Below, piece by piece: positions 39,135 to 48,400 of a DNA stretch of 57,014 nucleotides (position 1 is its first letter; the number at the start of each line of letters is the position of its first letter). Origin of the DNA: Paraliomyxa miuraensis (GTDB taxonomy: Bacteria; Myxococcota_A; Polyangia; Nannocystales; Nannocystaceae); the NCBI RefSeq assembly GCF_026337845.1, contig NZ_JAOVZF010000146.1, forward strand, positions 1-57,014, written 5' to 3'. Position numbers and translations under genes: made by a program. The notes under the pieces were generated by a model. It worked only from the letters and a program-made list of their open reading frames with translations, did no database searches and was not told where the DNA came from.

Positions 39135-39847
39135 ACGACACCCAGGCTCCTCTCGACGTCTACACCTTTGGTCCGGCGTGGGACATTCCGGTGCTCACCG
39201 CGTCCCCCTTCGGAGTCAAGCTCATCACGTGGTTGCGGATGCAGGACCTGCCGCACCGGGTCCACGTGGAGAACAACCCGGGCAAGGGCCCCAAGGGCAA
39301 GTGCCCCTGGGTGATGGTCGATGGCCAGGCCCTCGGAGACTCGGAGATGGTGATCGAGACCATCAAGCAGCGTCGCGGCATCCGGACCGATACCGGGCTC
39401 ACGCCGCAGCAGCTCGCCCTCGCCACCGCGGTTCGCCTGATGCTCGAGGATCACTTCCACCAGGTGTGGGAGCACGAGCTGTTCATCTTCGACGGCGGCT
39501 GGAAGCGAGCCTACGAGTTCTTCGACCAGCTCCCGCCCGGCGTGCGGGTGCTGGTCCGCAACGTGGCCCGCTCGGCGCTGCGCAAGCAGCTCCATGCCCG
39601 CGGGGTGGGCCGCCACACGCACGAGCAGATCGTGCAGATGGGCATCGAGGATCTCGACGTCATCGAGACGCTGCTCGGCGACGGACCGTTCTTCTTCGGC
39701 GAAGAGCCCCGCGACATCGACGCCACGGTGTTCGGGTTCCTGTCGCTGACCTACTGGACCCCATCGGAGAGCCCGGTATGGGCGAACCTCCGCTCGCGCC
39801 GAGCGCTGTGCGACTACTGCGAGCGCATCCGAGAGCGGTACTATTAG
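39131..39847 (+). CDS. Glutathione S-transferase-family protein (thioredoxin-like N-terminal domain plus helical C-terminal domain)
   Basis: Its ATG overlaps the kinase stop (ATGA). N-terminus MNDTQAPLDVYTFGPAWDIPVLTASPFGVKLITWLRMQDLPHRV... resembles a GST/FAXC-like fold. 238 aa. Confidence 0.6.
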   Translation: MNDTQAPLDVYTFGPAWDIPVLTASPFGVKLITWLRMQDLPHRVHVENNPGKGPKGKCPWVMVDGQALGDSEMVIETIKQRRGIRTDTGLTPQQLALATAVRLMLEDHFHQVWEHELFIFDGGWKRAYEFFDQLPPGVRVLVRNVARSALRKQLHARGVGRHTHEQIVQMGIEDLDVIETLLGDGPFFFGEEPRDIDATVFGFLSLTYWTPSESPVWANLRSRRALCDYCERIRERYY

Positions 39848-39971
39848 CCTCGTCTTGATGGCGGGGCTTCGCAGCCCCGCCCCCGTGCCGGCAAAGCCGT
39901 CACGGGGCCCCCTCCCCGGCGGTCGGGCGGAGCCCTCCTGGTTGCTGTAGTGAGATGCTCTCGATGGCTTC

Positions 39972-40793
39972 TTACTTGGGGGTGGGTTCGTCGTCGTCGT
40001 CGGGGACGAGGATGCCGTAGACGGCGGCTTCGAGGCGGTTGGCGACCTCGGGGGTGACGACGTCGTGGGGCGAACGGAGGTAGCCGCCGATGGCGTTGAG
40101 CGCCGCGTCGCCAAAGCGCTTGAGGTAGCACTTGAGCTTCGCGTCCGAGTCCTTGAGGAACGCGAGGTCGGTCAGCATCATGTTGCGGACCGCGAGCAAG
40201 GGAATGGGGCTGCGCAGCGGCTTGAACTCCTGGTTGTGCAGCCCGGGCTTCTCGCACTCGGCGTGGAACTCCCCGATCATCAGCCCACGCTCGACGAAGG
40301 TCTGAGACAGGCTCAGCTGAACATCGTCCACCCACTCGCCCTCGAGGCTGGGGAACAACACCAGCATCGCCTTGAGCCCGGCCTTGGCGCCCATCCGGGG
40401 TGGCCGCGACTCGAAGTCCTTCATCGTCTGCATCATCACGGCGTTCATCGAGGGACGTGGATCGGCATCGAACACGTGACACACGGCGGAGTAGAGCAGG
40501 CCCTCGCGCATCGCCACCTGGGTGTACGGGCACACGTCGCCGCTGCGCCCCAGGTCCTCGTGGGTGCGACATAGATAGTCCACCGTCCAGCGTGCGACCT
40601 CACCGAGCACGCCAAGGTCCGAGGCGTCCACCTCGGTCAGCTCGATCGTCCCGCGGAGGGCTTGCAGCACCTCTCGGAGCGCGACGAACGGAGTCAGCGA
40701 GAAGTTGTCGACCACCGCTCCCCGAATCCCAGCGCAGATACGGTACCATGAGGTGATCGTGATCGAGCCCAGAGGTAGGGTCCTTGGCACCAC
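39972..40793 (-). CDS. Hypothetical protein (~270 aa). Start uncertain: candidate GTG starts at 40793 or 40715.
   Basis: The C-terminal two-thirds look coding-like (…MREGLLYSAVCHVFDADPRPSMNAVMMQTMKDFESRPP…EFHAECEKPGLHNQEFKPLRSPIPLLAVRNMMLTDLAFLKD…). The ORF track's N-terminal extension is junk. No family recognised. Confidence 0.45.
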   Translation of the reverse strand: MVPRTLPLGSITITSWYRICAGIRGAVVDNFSLTPFVALREVLQALRGTIELTEVDASDLGVLGEVARWTVDYLCRTHEDLGRSGDVCPYTQVAMREGLLYSAVCHVFDADPRPSMNAVMMQTMKDFESRPPRMGAKAGLKAMLVLFPSLEGEWVDDVQLSLSQTFVERGLMIGEFHAECEKPGLHNQEFKPLRSPIPLLAVRNMMLTDLAFLKDSDAKLKCYLKRFGDAALNAIGGYLRSPHDVVTPEVANRLEAAVYGILVPDDDDEPTPK

Positions 40794-40975
40794 CAGTCCG
40801 AGGCTGGACCACCTTCCTCGGGGGCTCTCGGGCGGCGAATCCAACGCGGTGGCCCGTGACGGGCCGGCGGTGTCCGAGAGGACTCGAACGCACACGTGAC
40901 TCCGGGGGCGGGGGATTCCCTGACCCCCCACGCTCTGCGGGGCCATGCGAAGATTTGGGGCTCGTGGACATCCAC

Positions 40976-42517
40976 ATGACCACCGACCCGTCCTCCCTTC
41001 CTCCTCGACGCACCCGCGTCCTCGTGATCGGCGGCGGCCCTGGCGGCTCCATGGCCGCGATCTTGCTCGCTCGCGAGGGCATGGAGGTCACGCTCCTCGA
41101 GCGCGACCAGTTCCCGCGCTACCACATCGGAGAGTCGCTGCTGACGTCGGCGATCCCGGTGCTCAAGTTCGTGGGGCTGTACGAGCGCATGGAAGCGCAC
41201 GGCTTCGTTCGCAAGCACGGGGGCTACTTCACGCTCAAGGAGGGGGCGCCTCCGGGCCACATCGACTTCCGCAAGGTCAGCGTCCACCAGCACTCCTATC
41301 AGGTGATCCGCTCGGAGTTCGATCACCTGCTGCTGCAGTACGCGGCCGAGATGGGCGCCCAGGTGTTCGAGCGAACCGCGGTCACCGGCGTCGACTTCGA
41401 GGGCGATCGACCGGTGCGTGCGCGCTGGCAGCAGCAGGGCGGCAGCAGCGGGGAGCTCGAGTTCGAGTACGTGATCGACGCCTCGGGCCTCTCGGGCCTG
41501 CTGTCGACCAAGGTGCTGCACAACCGCAAGTTCCAGCCCGCCTTCGCCAATGTGGCGGTGGGCAGCTACTGGAAGGGCTACGACGAGTACGTCGCGCCCG
41601 ACGGCACCCCGCAGGAGGGGCGCTTCTTCATGGAGGCGCTGCGGGACGGCTCGGGCTGGATCTGGGCGATCCCGCTGCACGACGGCACCATGAGCGTGGG
41701 CGTGGTGATGCATACGGACGAGTTCCAGCGCCTGCGCACCGCACTTCCGACCGAGGGGGCCGAAGGCGGGGCCGACGTGGAGGCGATCTACCGCCATGGC
41801 ATCGACAAGGCGCCGCACCTGCGCAACATGCTGGCCAAGGCCGAGATGACCAAGCCGGTCCAGACCTGGCGCGACTACTCGTACATCGCCGACACCTTCT
41901 CGGGACCGGGCTACCGGCTCGTGGGCGACGCGGCGGCGTTCATCGACCCGCTGTTCTCCACCGGGGTGCACCTGGCGTTCCTGGGAGCGGTCTCGGCGGC
42001 CGCGTCGATCGCGGGGCGGCTACGCGGAGAGCTCGACGAGGACGCGGCGATCGGGTTCCACGACCGCTGCATCCGCAAGGCGTACGTGAACTTCGCGATC
42101 ATCGTGTCGGGGATGTACAAGCAGATCCGGCGTCAGGACGAGGTGGTGCTGTACGGCATCGCACAGACGGACTTTCGCGCGGCCTTCGATGTGATCCTCC
42201 CGCTGATCTCGGGGAGCGCGGATCTCGAGGGGGATGCGGTGGATCCGAACACCATCGATCGGGCGGTGAGCTTTGCGATCGAGATGGTCAACGAGCGGGC
42301 GCAGCTCGGCACCGAAAATCCGGCGGCGCGGCTGCTCGTGAAGAAGGGGAGCGTGCACGAGGACCTCACGGCGGAGCCGGATCAAGCGGTGGGAGGGTGG
42401 TACATCCGCATGGAGCGGGGCCGGCTCGGCCTGGCGCAGGTGGTCGAGCAGGAGAAGATCGACAAGGAGAAGCAGCAGCTGACCAACGAGCTGCTGGAGG
42501 TGGCCCAGAGCAGCTAG
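40976..42517 (+). CDS. Flavin-dependent halogenase (tryptophan-halogenase family)
   Basis: VLVIGGGPGGSMAA (FAD GxGxxG), GSGWIWAIPLHDG (the WxWxIP motif characteristic of flavin-dependent halogenases), FIDPLFSTGVHLA (FxxPxxSxG). Start MTTDPSS. Confidence 0.8.
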   Translation: MTTDPSSLPPRRTRVLVIGGGPGGSMAAILLAREGMEVTLLERDQFPRYHIGESLLTSAIPVLKFVGLYERMEAHGFVRKHGGYFTLKEGAPPGHIDFRKVSVHQHSYQVIRSEFDHLLLQYAAEMGAQVFERTAVTGVDFEGDRPVRARWQQQGGSSGELEFEYVIDASGLSGLLSTKVLHNRKFQPAFANVAVGSYWKGYDEYVAPDGTPQEGRFFMEALRDGSGWIWAIPLHDGTMSVGVVMHTDEFQRLRTALPTEGAEGGADVEAIYRHGIDKAPHLRNMLAKAEMTKPVQTWRDYSYIADTFSGPGYRLVGDAAAFIDPLFSTGVHLAFLGAVSAAASIAGRLRGELDEDAAIGFHDRCIRKAYVNFAIIVSGMYKQIRRQDEVVLYGIAQTDFRAAFDVILPLISGSADLEGDAVDPNTIDRAVSFAIEMVNERAQLGTENPAARLLVKKGSVHEDLTAEPDQAVGGWYIRMERGRLGLAQVVEQEKIDKEKQQLTNELLEVAQSS

Positions 42518-42559
42518 TCCCAGGACGCGAGGCCGCGGGTGGCTCGAGAGGTTGCCGGT

Positions 42560-44089
42560 CTACTGGCGCCGCAGGTGGCGCTTGACCGCCCCCAGCAAGC
42601 TGCGGGCGTCGAAGGGCTTGGGGAGGAACTCGCTGATGCCCAATGCCTTGACCTCCTTGGTCCGGGCGGGGTCGGTGTGGCCCGAGACGATGACGACGGG
42701 GAGGTCGCATTCGAAGGAGCGGAGGACCTTGAGCACCTCGGCGCCGTCGATGCGGGGCATGTCGAGGTCGAGCACGATGAGGCGCAGCTCGGCGGCTCGC
42801 TCGGCGTAGCGGCGAAGGGCCTCGGCACCATCGGTGGCGGTGACCACGTCGGCTCCGTCGCGTGACAGCACGCGCGTGATGGCGGTGCGTACGAGCGGGT
42901 CGTCGTCGGCCACCAGCACCAGGCCGGTGATGCCACCGCTCATCGAGAGCTCGGGGCGCGGACCCACGAACGTGCTCTCGCGCGCGCTCTCGGCCGAGGG
43001 CAGGTGGATGATGAACTCGGTGCCCTTGCCCACCTCGCTGCGGGCCTCGATGCTGCCGTTGTGATCGCGCAGGATCGCCTGCACGGTGGCCAGGCCCAGG
43101 CCCGTGCCCTGCCCGCGCGGCTTGGTGGTGAAGAACGGCTCGAAGATCCGCGCCAGGGTCACCGGATCGATGCCCAGGCCCGTGTCGGCGAAGGTGACTC
43201 GCACGTAGGGACCGGGCTGGAGCTGCTTGGTCTCCTGGGTCACCTCGACCGCGTCGGCCGAGATGGTCAGCGTGCCGCCGCGAGGCATGGCGTCCTTGGC
43301 ATTGATGCAGAGGTTCATCGCCACCTGCAGCAAGCGCGAGGTGTCGCCGATGACCAGCAGATCGTCGGGGATCTCGGTGGTGATCGCCACGTTGCGCGGC
43401 AACGTACGGCGCAGCAGGTCCACGCCCTCCCGGATCAGCTCGTGGAGGCGGATCGAGCGGTGCTCGGAGGTCGTGCGCCGACCAAACCCCGACAGCTGCC
43501 GCGTGAGATCGATGGCGCGGCGCACCGCGGCCTCCATCTCCTCGAGGCACTGCGCGGTCTCGGTGTCGTGGTGCTTGGTGCCGAGGAAGGTGACGTTGGC
43601 GAACAGCGCCCCGAGGATGTTGTTGAAGTCGTGCGCCACCCCTCCCGCGAGCTGCCCGAGCGCCTGCATCTTCTGGGCGACCAGGAGGTGGTCTTCGAAG
43701 CGCTCGCGCCGGGCCAGGGCCAGCACGGTCTGCTCGCCCAGCGCGATCTCGTCGCCGAACTCGAGCACGGCCTCCTTGACGCGGTGCCCGTTGACGCGAA
43801 CCCCGTTGCGACTGTCGAGGTCGCGCACGTAGTAGTGGCCGTCGGTGTTGCGCCCCACCAGGGCGTGGCGTCGGGAGATGCCCTGATCGGAGACGATCGC
43901 GTCGCAGTCCTTGCCGCGACCGAGCACCACGTCGCCTTCGAGGTAGATGCGTCGGCCGGGATCGTCACCCGCGAGGATGACCAGACAATCGGCCGCCTCG
44001 GCTCGCGGGTCGATCGGAAACCGATGCATCGAGGTTCGCGTGTGCTCCTCGACCGAGTCGTAGCGCCTATAGTTCTCGCGGGGGGCCAT
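42560..44089 (-). CDS. FHA-domain hybrid sensor histidine kinase (FHA, HisKA, HATPase, then a C-terminal receiver)
   Basis: FHA: [31 protein letters not shown]...[15 protein letters not shown]. HisKA: [13 protein letters not shown]. HATPase: DTGLGI...GTGLGLA. Receiver: [10 protein letters not shown]...LDLDMP...KP. The start is ambiguous: Met at 44089 or 44029. Confidence 0.8.
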   Translation of the reverse strand: MAPRENYRRYDSVEEHTRTSMHRFPIDPRAEAADCLVILAGDDPGRRIYLEGDVVLGRGKDCDAIVSDQGISRRHALVGRNTDGHYYVRDLDSRNGVRVNGHRVKEAVLEFGDEIALGEQTVLALARRERFEDHLLVAQKMQALGQLAGGVAHDFNNILGALFANVTFLGTKHHDTETAQCLEEMEAAVRRAIDLTRQLSGFGRRTTSEHRSIRLHELIREGVDLLRRTLPRNVAITTEIPDDLLVIGDTSRLLQVAMNLCINAKDAMPRGGTLTISADAVEVTQETKQLQPGPYVRVTFADTGLGIDPVTLARIFEPFFTTKPRGQGTGLGLATVQAILRDHNGSIEARSEVGKGTEFIIHLPSAESARESTFVGPRPELSMSGGITGLVLVADDDPLVRTAITRVLSRDGADVVTATDGAEALRRYAERAAELRLIVLDLDMPRIDGAEVLKVLRSFECDLPVVIVSGHTDPARTKEVKALGISEFLPKPFDARSLLGAVKRHLRRQ

Positions 44090-44275
44090 GGACGACGCCG
44101 CAGACCAAGCTCCCGTGGATGATAGCAAGCAGCGCCGGCTCGCCACGGCTCGGGATGCGCGCCAAGTCGCCGAGCGCCCAAGCGGCCCAAGAAGGGTCAC
44201 GAAAGGGGACGCTGGGCCGGTGCGGGGTGAGCGGACGTCGAAGGCCCCGCCCGCGGCTCAGGGGAGCCCCTAGCC

Positions 44276-45217
44276 CTAGCCCTCGGTCGCGGGCGTGGCC
44301 TCGTCGGCGCACTCCTCGGCGCCCACGTAGTCGGGATCGCAGGGGTCGGTGATGGCCTGGACCTCGGCGGGCGGAGGCGAGGCCTCGACCGCCTGCTTGC
44401 CGCCCTTGGCCCACTCCGCCTCGATCTCGATGAGCAGCGTGGCCTTGCCCACGATCTCGTTGTTGATGGTCCGCTTCACCGAGACCGGGTAGCCCCCCGT
44501 GGCAGAGAACGCGGCCTTGGTGCTCTGCTTCATCTTGACCTGCTGCCCGTCGCGCTCCATCTCGGCCTCGGACGCGAGCTCGAGCTTGGCGATGTCCTCG
44601 CCCGCTTCGTTGCGCCCCAGACCTCCGAGGGTGCCCGTGCTCGACATCGACGTGACGCCGGGCTTGCGCTCGCGCGGCGCGGCGTCCCAGGTCTCCCCGT
44701 CCTTGATCGGCTGCTCGGGAACCCTCACGAACCCGGCCGTGACCGCGCTGGCGATCATCGTAAAGATGGTCTTGCTCTCCATCGGCGCGTCCGGGGGCGG
44801 CTCGGGCTCGTTGCTCACCTCGCCGAGCTCGGTGAGGTCGAAGCCGAGCTCCTTGCCGTTGAGAGCCGTGGCCGCCTCCTGGGTGAGCCCGACCGCTTCC
44901 GCGGGAACCCCGTCGGGCAGGCGTAGATCGAGCTTGATCCCGTCCACGCGCGCGCGCACGAGCGCCCCACCACCCTGCGTCTTCGCCGAGACCACGAGCT
45001 TGGCGTCGAATTCGACCACCGTCACGATGTCGCCCAGAGGGGTCTGGGCGGCATTGCGCATGCGAATGTGACCGTCGTACTCCTGCCCGGGCGTGAGATC
45101 GTAGCGCATGCTCACGCCCGCCTCGGGCACCTCCACCTCGGTGAGCTTCCCCTGCTTGGAACAACCAGGGGCCAAGGGCAACGCGAGCGCGATGGCCATG
45201 ATGGTGCGGCGGAGCAT
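44276..45217 (-). CDS. Lipoprotein of unknown function (313 aa)
   Basis: MLRRTIMAIALALPLAPGCSKQ carries a lipobox. Clean ORF. Confidence 0.65.
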   Translation of the reverse strand: MLRRTIMAIALALPLAPGCSKQGKLTEVEVPEAGVSMRYDLTPGQEYDGHIRMRNAAQTPLGDIVTVVEFDAKLVVSAKTQGGGALVRARVDGIKLDLRLPDGVPAEAVGLTQEAATALNGKELGFDLTELGEVSNEPEPPPDAPMESKTIFTMIASAVTAGFVRVPEQPIKDGETWDAAPRERKPGVTSMSSTGTLGGLGRNEAGEDIAKLELASEAEMERDGQQVKMKQSTKAAFSATGGYPVSVKRTINNEIVGKATLLIEIEAEWAKGGKQAVEASPPPAEVQAITDPCDPDYVGAEECADEATPATEG

Positions 45218-45494
45218 GAGCGGGTTTTATGCCAGCGTCCGCAGCACCGTCCATGCCACCCTGCGAGGGGCCGATGCTGGTGCGGTTGGGATGACGGTGA
45301 TCATGGTCCGGAATTTCGTGATACAAATCACTTTACATGGTTCACGACGGGCTCTGCTCCGAATGTCGCCGCTGGGCGGCAAGAACCGCGTCCACGGAGG
45401 GCTTGCACCAAGGAGCCCCGGATGAAGGGTCGATCGCGCTCCCTTGGATTCCTGGAAATCGAAGACCATTGCTCCGCGAGGGTCCCGTCGGGAA

Positions 45495-48400
45495 ATGAGC
45501 TCCAAGCCCATCGTCGTGCCGCGAGTGCGACGGCTCTACCGAGGGCCATCTGCGACGGCGGATGGCCCGACCGCGGCTTACCCGGTCATTCCCGTGGTCC
45601 CCGGCTACCGGATCCTCGGGCACGTCGCATCGGGGGGCATGGGCAACGTGTATGCGGCCACGTCGCTGCGGACCCATCGCAAGGTCGCGCTCAAGCTCGT
45701 TCGTCCGGAGAACCACACCCCGGCGACCGCCGAGCGGATCCTGCGAGAGGTCCGTGCGCTGTCGGGGCTCTCCCATCCGGGGATCGTCGAGTACGTGGAC
45801 CACGGGACCACGCCCGAAGGGATCCCCTACCTGGCGATGGAGTGGCTCGATGGCGTGGACCTCGACGATCGGCTCCATCACGGGCCGCTGTCGATCGATG
45901 ATGCGCTGGCGCTGGCCGTTCGGGTGGCCGAGGCCCTCGCCGCCGCGCACGAGCACGGCGTCATCCATCGCGACATCAAGCCCAGCAACATCTTCCTGGT
46001 GGGGGGGCGCCCCTCCGACGCGCGCTTGCTCGACTTCGGCGTGGCGCGGCTGCTGACGCACACGTGGACGCTCACCCTCCCCGGCAAGGTGATCGGGACC
46101 CCGGACTACATGTCCCCGGAGCAGGCCAGGGGGGCCCCCGATCTCGATCCTCGCGCCGATCTGTTCTCGCTGGGCTGCGTGCTGCACGAATGCCTGTGCG
46201 GAGAGCCAGCGTTCGTGGGCGAGCACGTGATGGCGGTGCTCGCCAAGGTGCTCATGGAGAACCCGCCCCGGCTCGGGCGCCTGGTGCCGGAGATCCCCGT
46301 GGTGCTCGAGGAGATCGTCGCCCGGCTGCTCGAGAAGGATCGCGAGCGCCGCATCGGCAACGCCCGCGAGCTCGCGCAGCGCCTGCGCAGCCTGGTCGAC
46401 GGCAACGACGAGCCGCTCGAGCTGATCTCCGAGGCGCTGACGCAGGACGAGCAGGTACTGTGCTCGGTGCTGTTCTTCCGCGGTCGCTCCGAGGACGTGG
46501 CCGACCCCATCGATCTCACCGAGCTCGCCAAGGAGCACCTGGGGCACGACCACACGCTCGTCGACGGGACTCGCCTCATCGTGATGGATTGCGGCGGCGC
46601 GGCCTCCGATCAGGCCGCCACCACGGCCCGCTGTGCGCTCGCCCTGCGCGAGCGTGCGCCTCACTATGCGATCGCGGTGGCCTCCGGCCACGGCATCGTC
46701 ACGGGCCGCTCCATCATGGGGCAGGTCCTCGACCGCGGCGCCGATCTGCTGCTGCGCGGGCGACCGGGCAACATCTGCATCGACGACGTGACGGCGAGCC
46801 TGCTCGATCCCAGCTTCGAGGTGGCCGATGGCACCTCCGGGCTGACCCTGGTCGCGGTCCGCGACACGCAATCGGGCACCCGGCGCCTGCTGGGCAAGAA
46901 GACGCCGCTGGTCGGACGACGTGGCGAGCTCGCACACCTCGAGGCCGTGTTTGCCGAGTGCTGCGAGGAGCTGTGCGCGGCCGCGGTCCTGATGATCGGC
47001 AACGCGGGTGCGGGCAAGTCCCGGCTGCGCCACGAACTCGACGCCCGCCTCCGATCGCACCCCGGACAACCGGTGACCACCTTCCTCGGTCGCGCCGATC
47101 CGATGCGGACCCAGGCGCCGCTGTCGTTGATGTCCCGGGTGCTCTGCGGCGCGGCGAGCCTCGAGGACGGCGAGCCCACGGCCATTCGGCAGCACAAGCT
47201 GCGGACTCGGATCGCGCGCCACGTGGGCCGCGAAGAGATCGAGCGCGTCACCCTGTATCTGGGCGAGCTCGTCTCTGCCTACGGCAACGACGCCCCGCTC
47301 GAGCTACGACTGGCCCGCGAGGACTCCGCCTCGCTGCGCGCCCGAATCCGCGAAGCCTGGGTCACCTGGCTGCGGGCCGAGAGCAACGCGAGCCCGGTCT
47401 TGTTCGTGCTCGAGGATCTGCACTGGGCCGACGCCGCGACCGTGCAGCTGATGGACACGCTGCTCGAGCAGCTGGAGGGCCAGCCGATCCTGGTCCTGGC
47501 GCTGGCTCGGCCCACCGTGCACGACCTCTTCCCCGAGCTGTGGAAGCATCGCGACGTGGAGACCCTCGAGCTCTCGCCGCTGGCGCCCCGGGCGGCCCGC
47601 AAGCTCGTCCACGAGGTGCTCGGGGACACGGTCGAGCACCACGACGTGGAGCGGATCGTCAAGGGAGCCGGCGGCAACGCGTTCTTCCTCGAGGAGCTGA
47701 TCCGCGCGGTCGCCGATGGCTCGGGCGGCGAGCTGCCCGACTCCGTTCTGGGCATGATGCAGGCGCGGCTCGGCTCGCTGACCAGCTTCGAGCGCAAGGT
47801 GCTCCGCGCCGCCAGCGTGTTCGGCGAGACCGCATGGCAGGGAGGCATCCGCGAGCTGCTGGGACGCGATGCCGACGTGGAGGCGCTCGGACCCACGCTG
47901 ATGCGCCTGGCCAACGAAGAATGGCTGACCCCTCGCCCACGCTCGCAGATCCCCTGTGACTACGAGTACACGTTTCGGCACGCGCTGGTGTGCGACGCGG
48001 CCTACGCCACCCTGACCGACGCCGATCGGCGCGTGGGCCATCGCCTGGCGGGGCGCTGGCTGGAGCGCGCGGGGGGCCAGGAAGCGGTGGTGCTCGCCGA
48101 GCACTTCTTGCGCGGAGAGGATCATCCCAAGGCCACCGAGTGGTTCGCGACGGCAGCCGACCAGGCGTTCGAGCGGCACGAATTCGACGTGGTGCTCCAG
48201 CTCGTCGAGCGGGGTCAGCGGCATGCCGTGCCCGGTGAGGCTCGGGGGCGGTTGCTGCTGCGCCGGACCGAGCTCCATGCGATCTCGGGCCGCCATCAGG
48301 AGGCCGTGGAAGCGGCCATGGCCGCGCTCGAGGAGCTCCCCCTGGGCAGCGCCCGCTGGTACAGCGCCGCCGGGGAGGCTGCGCTCGCGATGAGCCGCAC

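Noticed and set aside
40694-42585. 425-aa minus-strand ORF and 546-aa + ORF (40945..42585) overlapping the halogenase
   Set aside because: The halogenase frame (40976..42517) carries the FAD, WxWxIP and FxxPxxSxG motifs. The others are Arg/Gly-rich artefacts.
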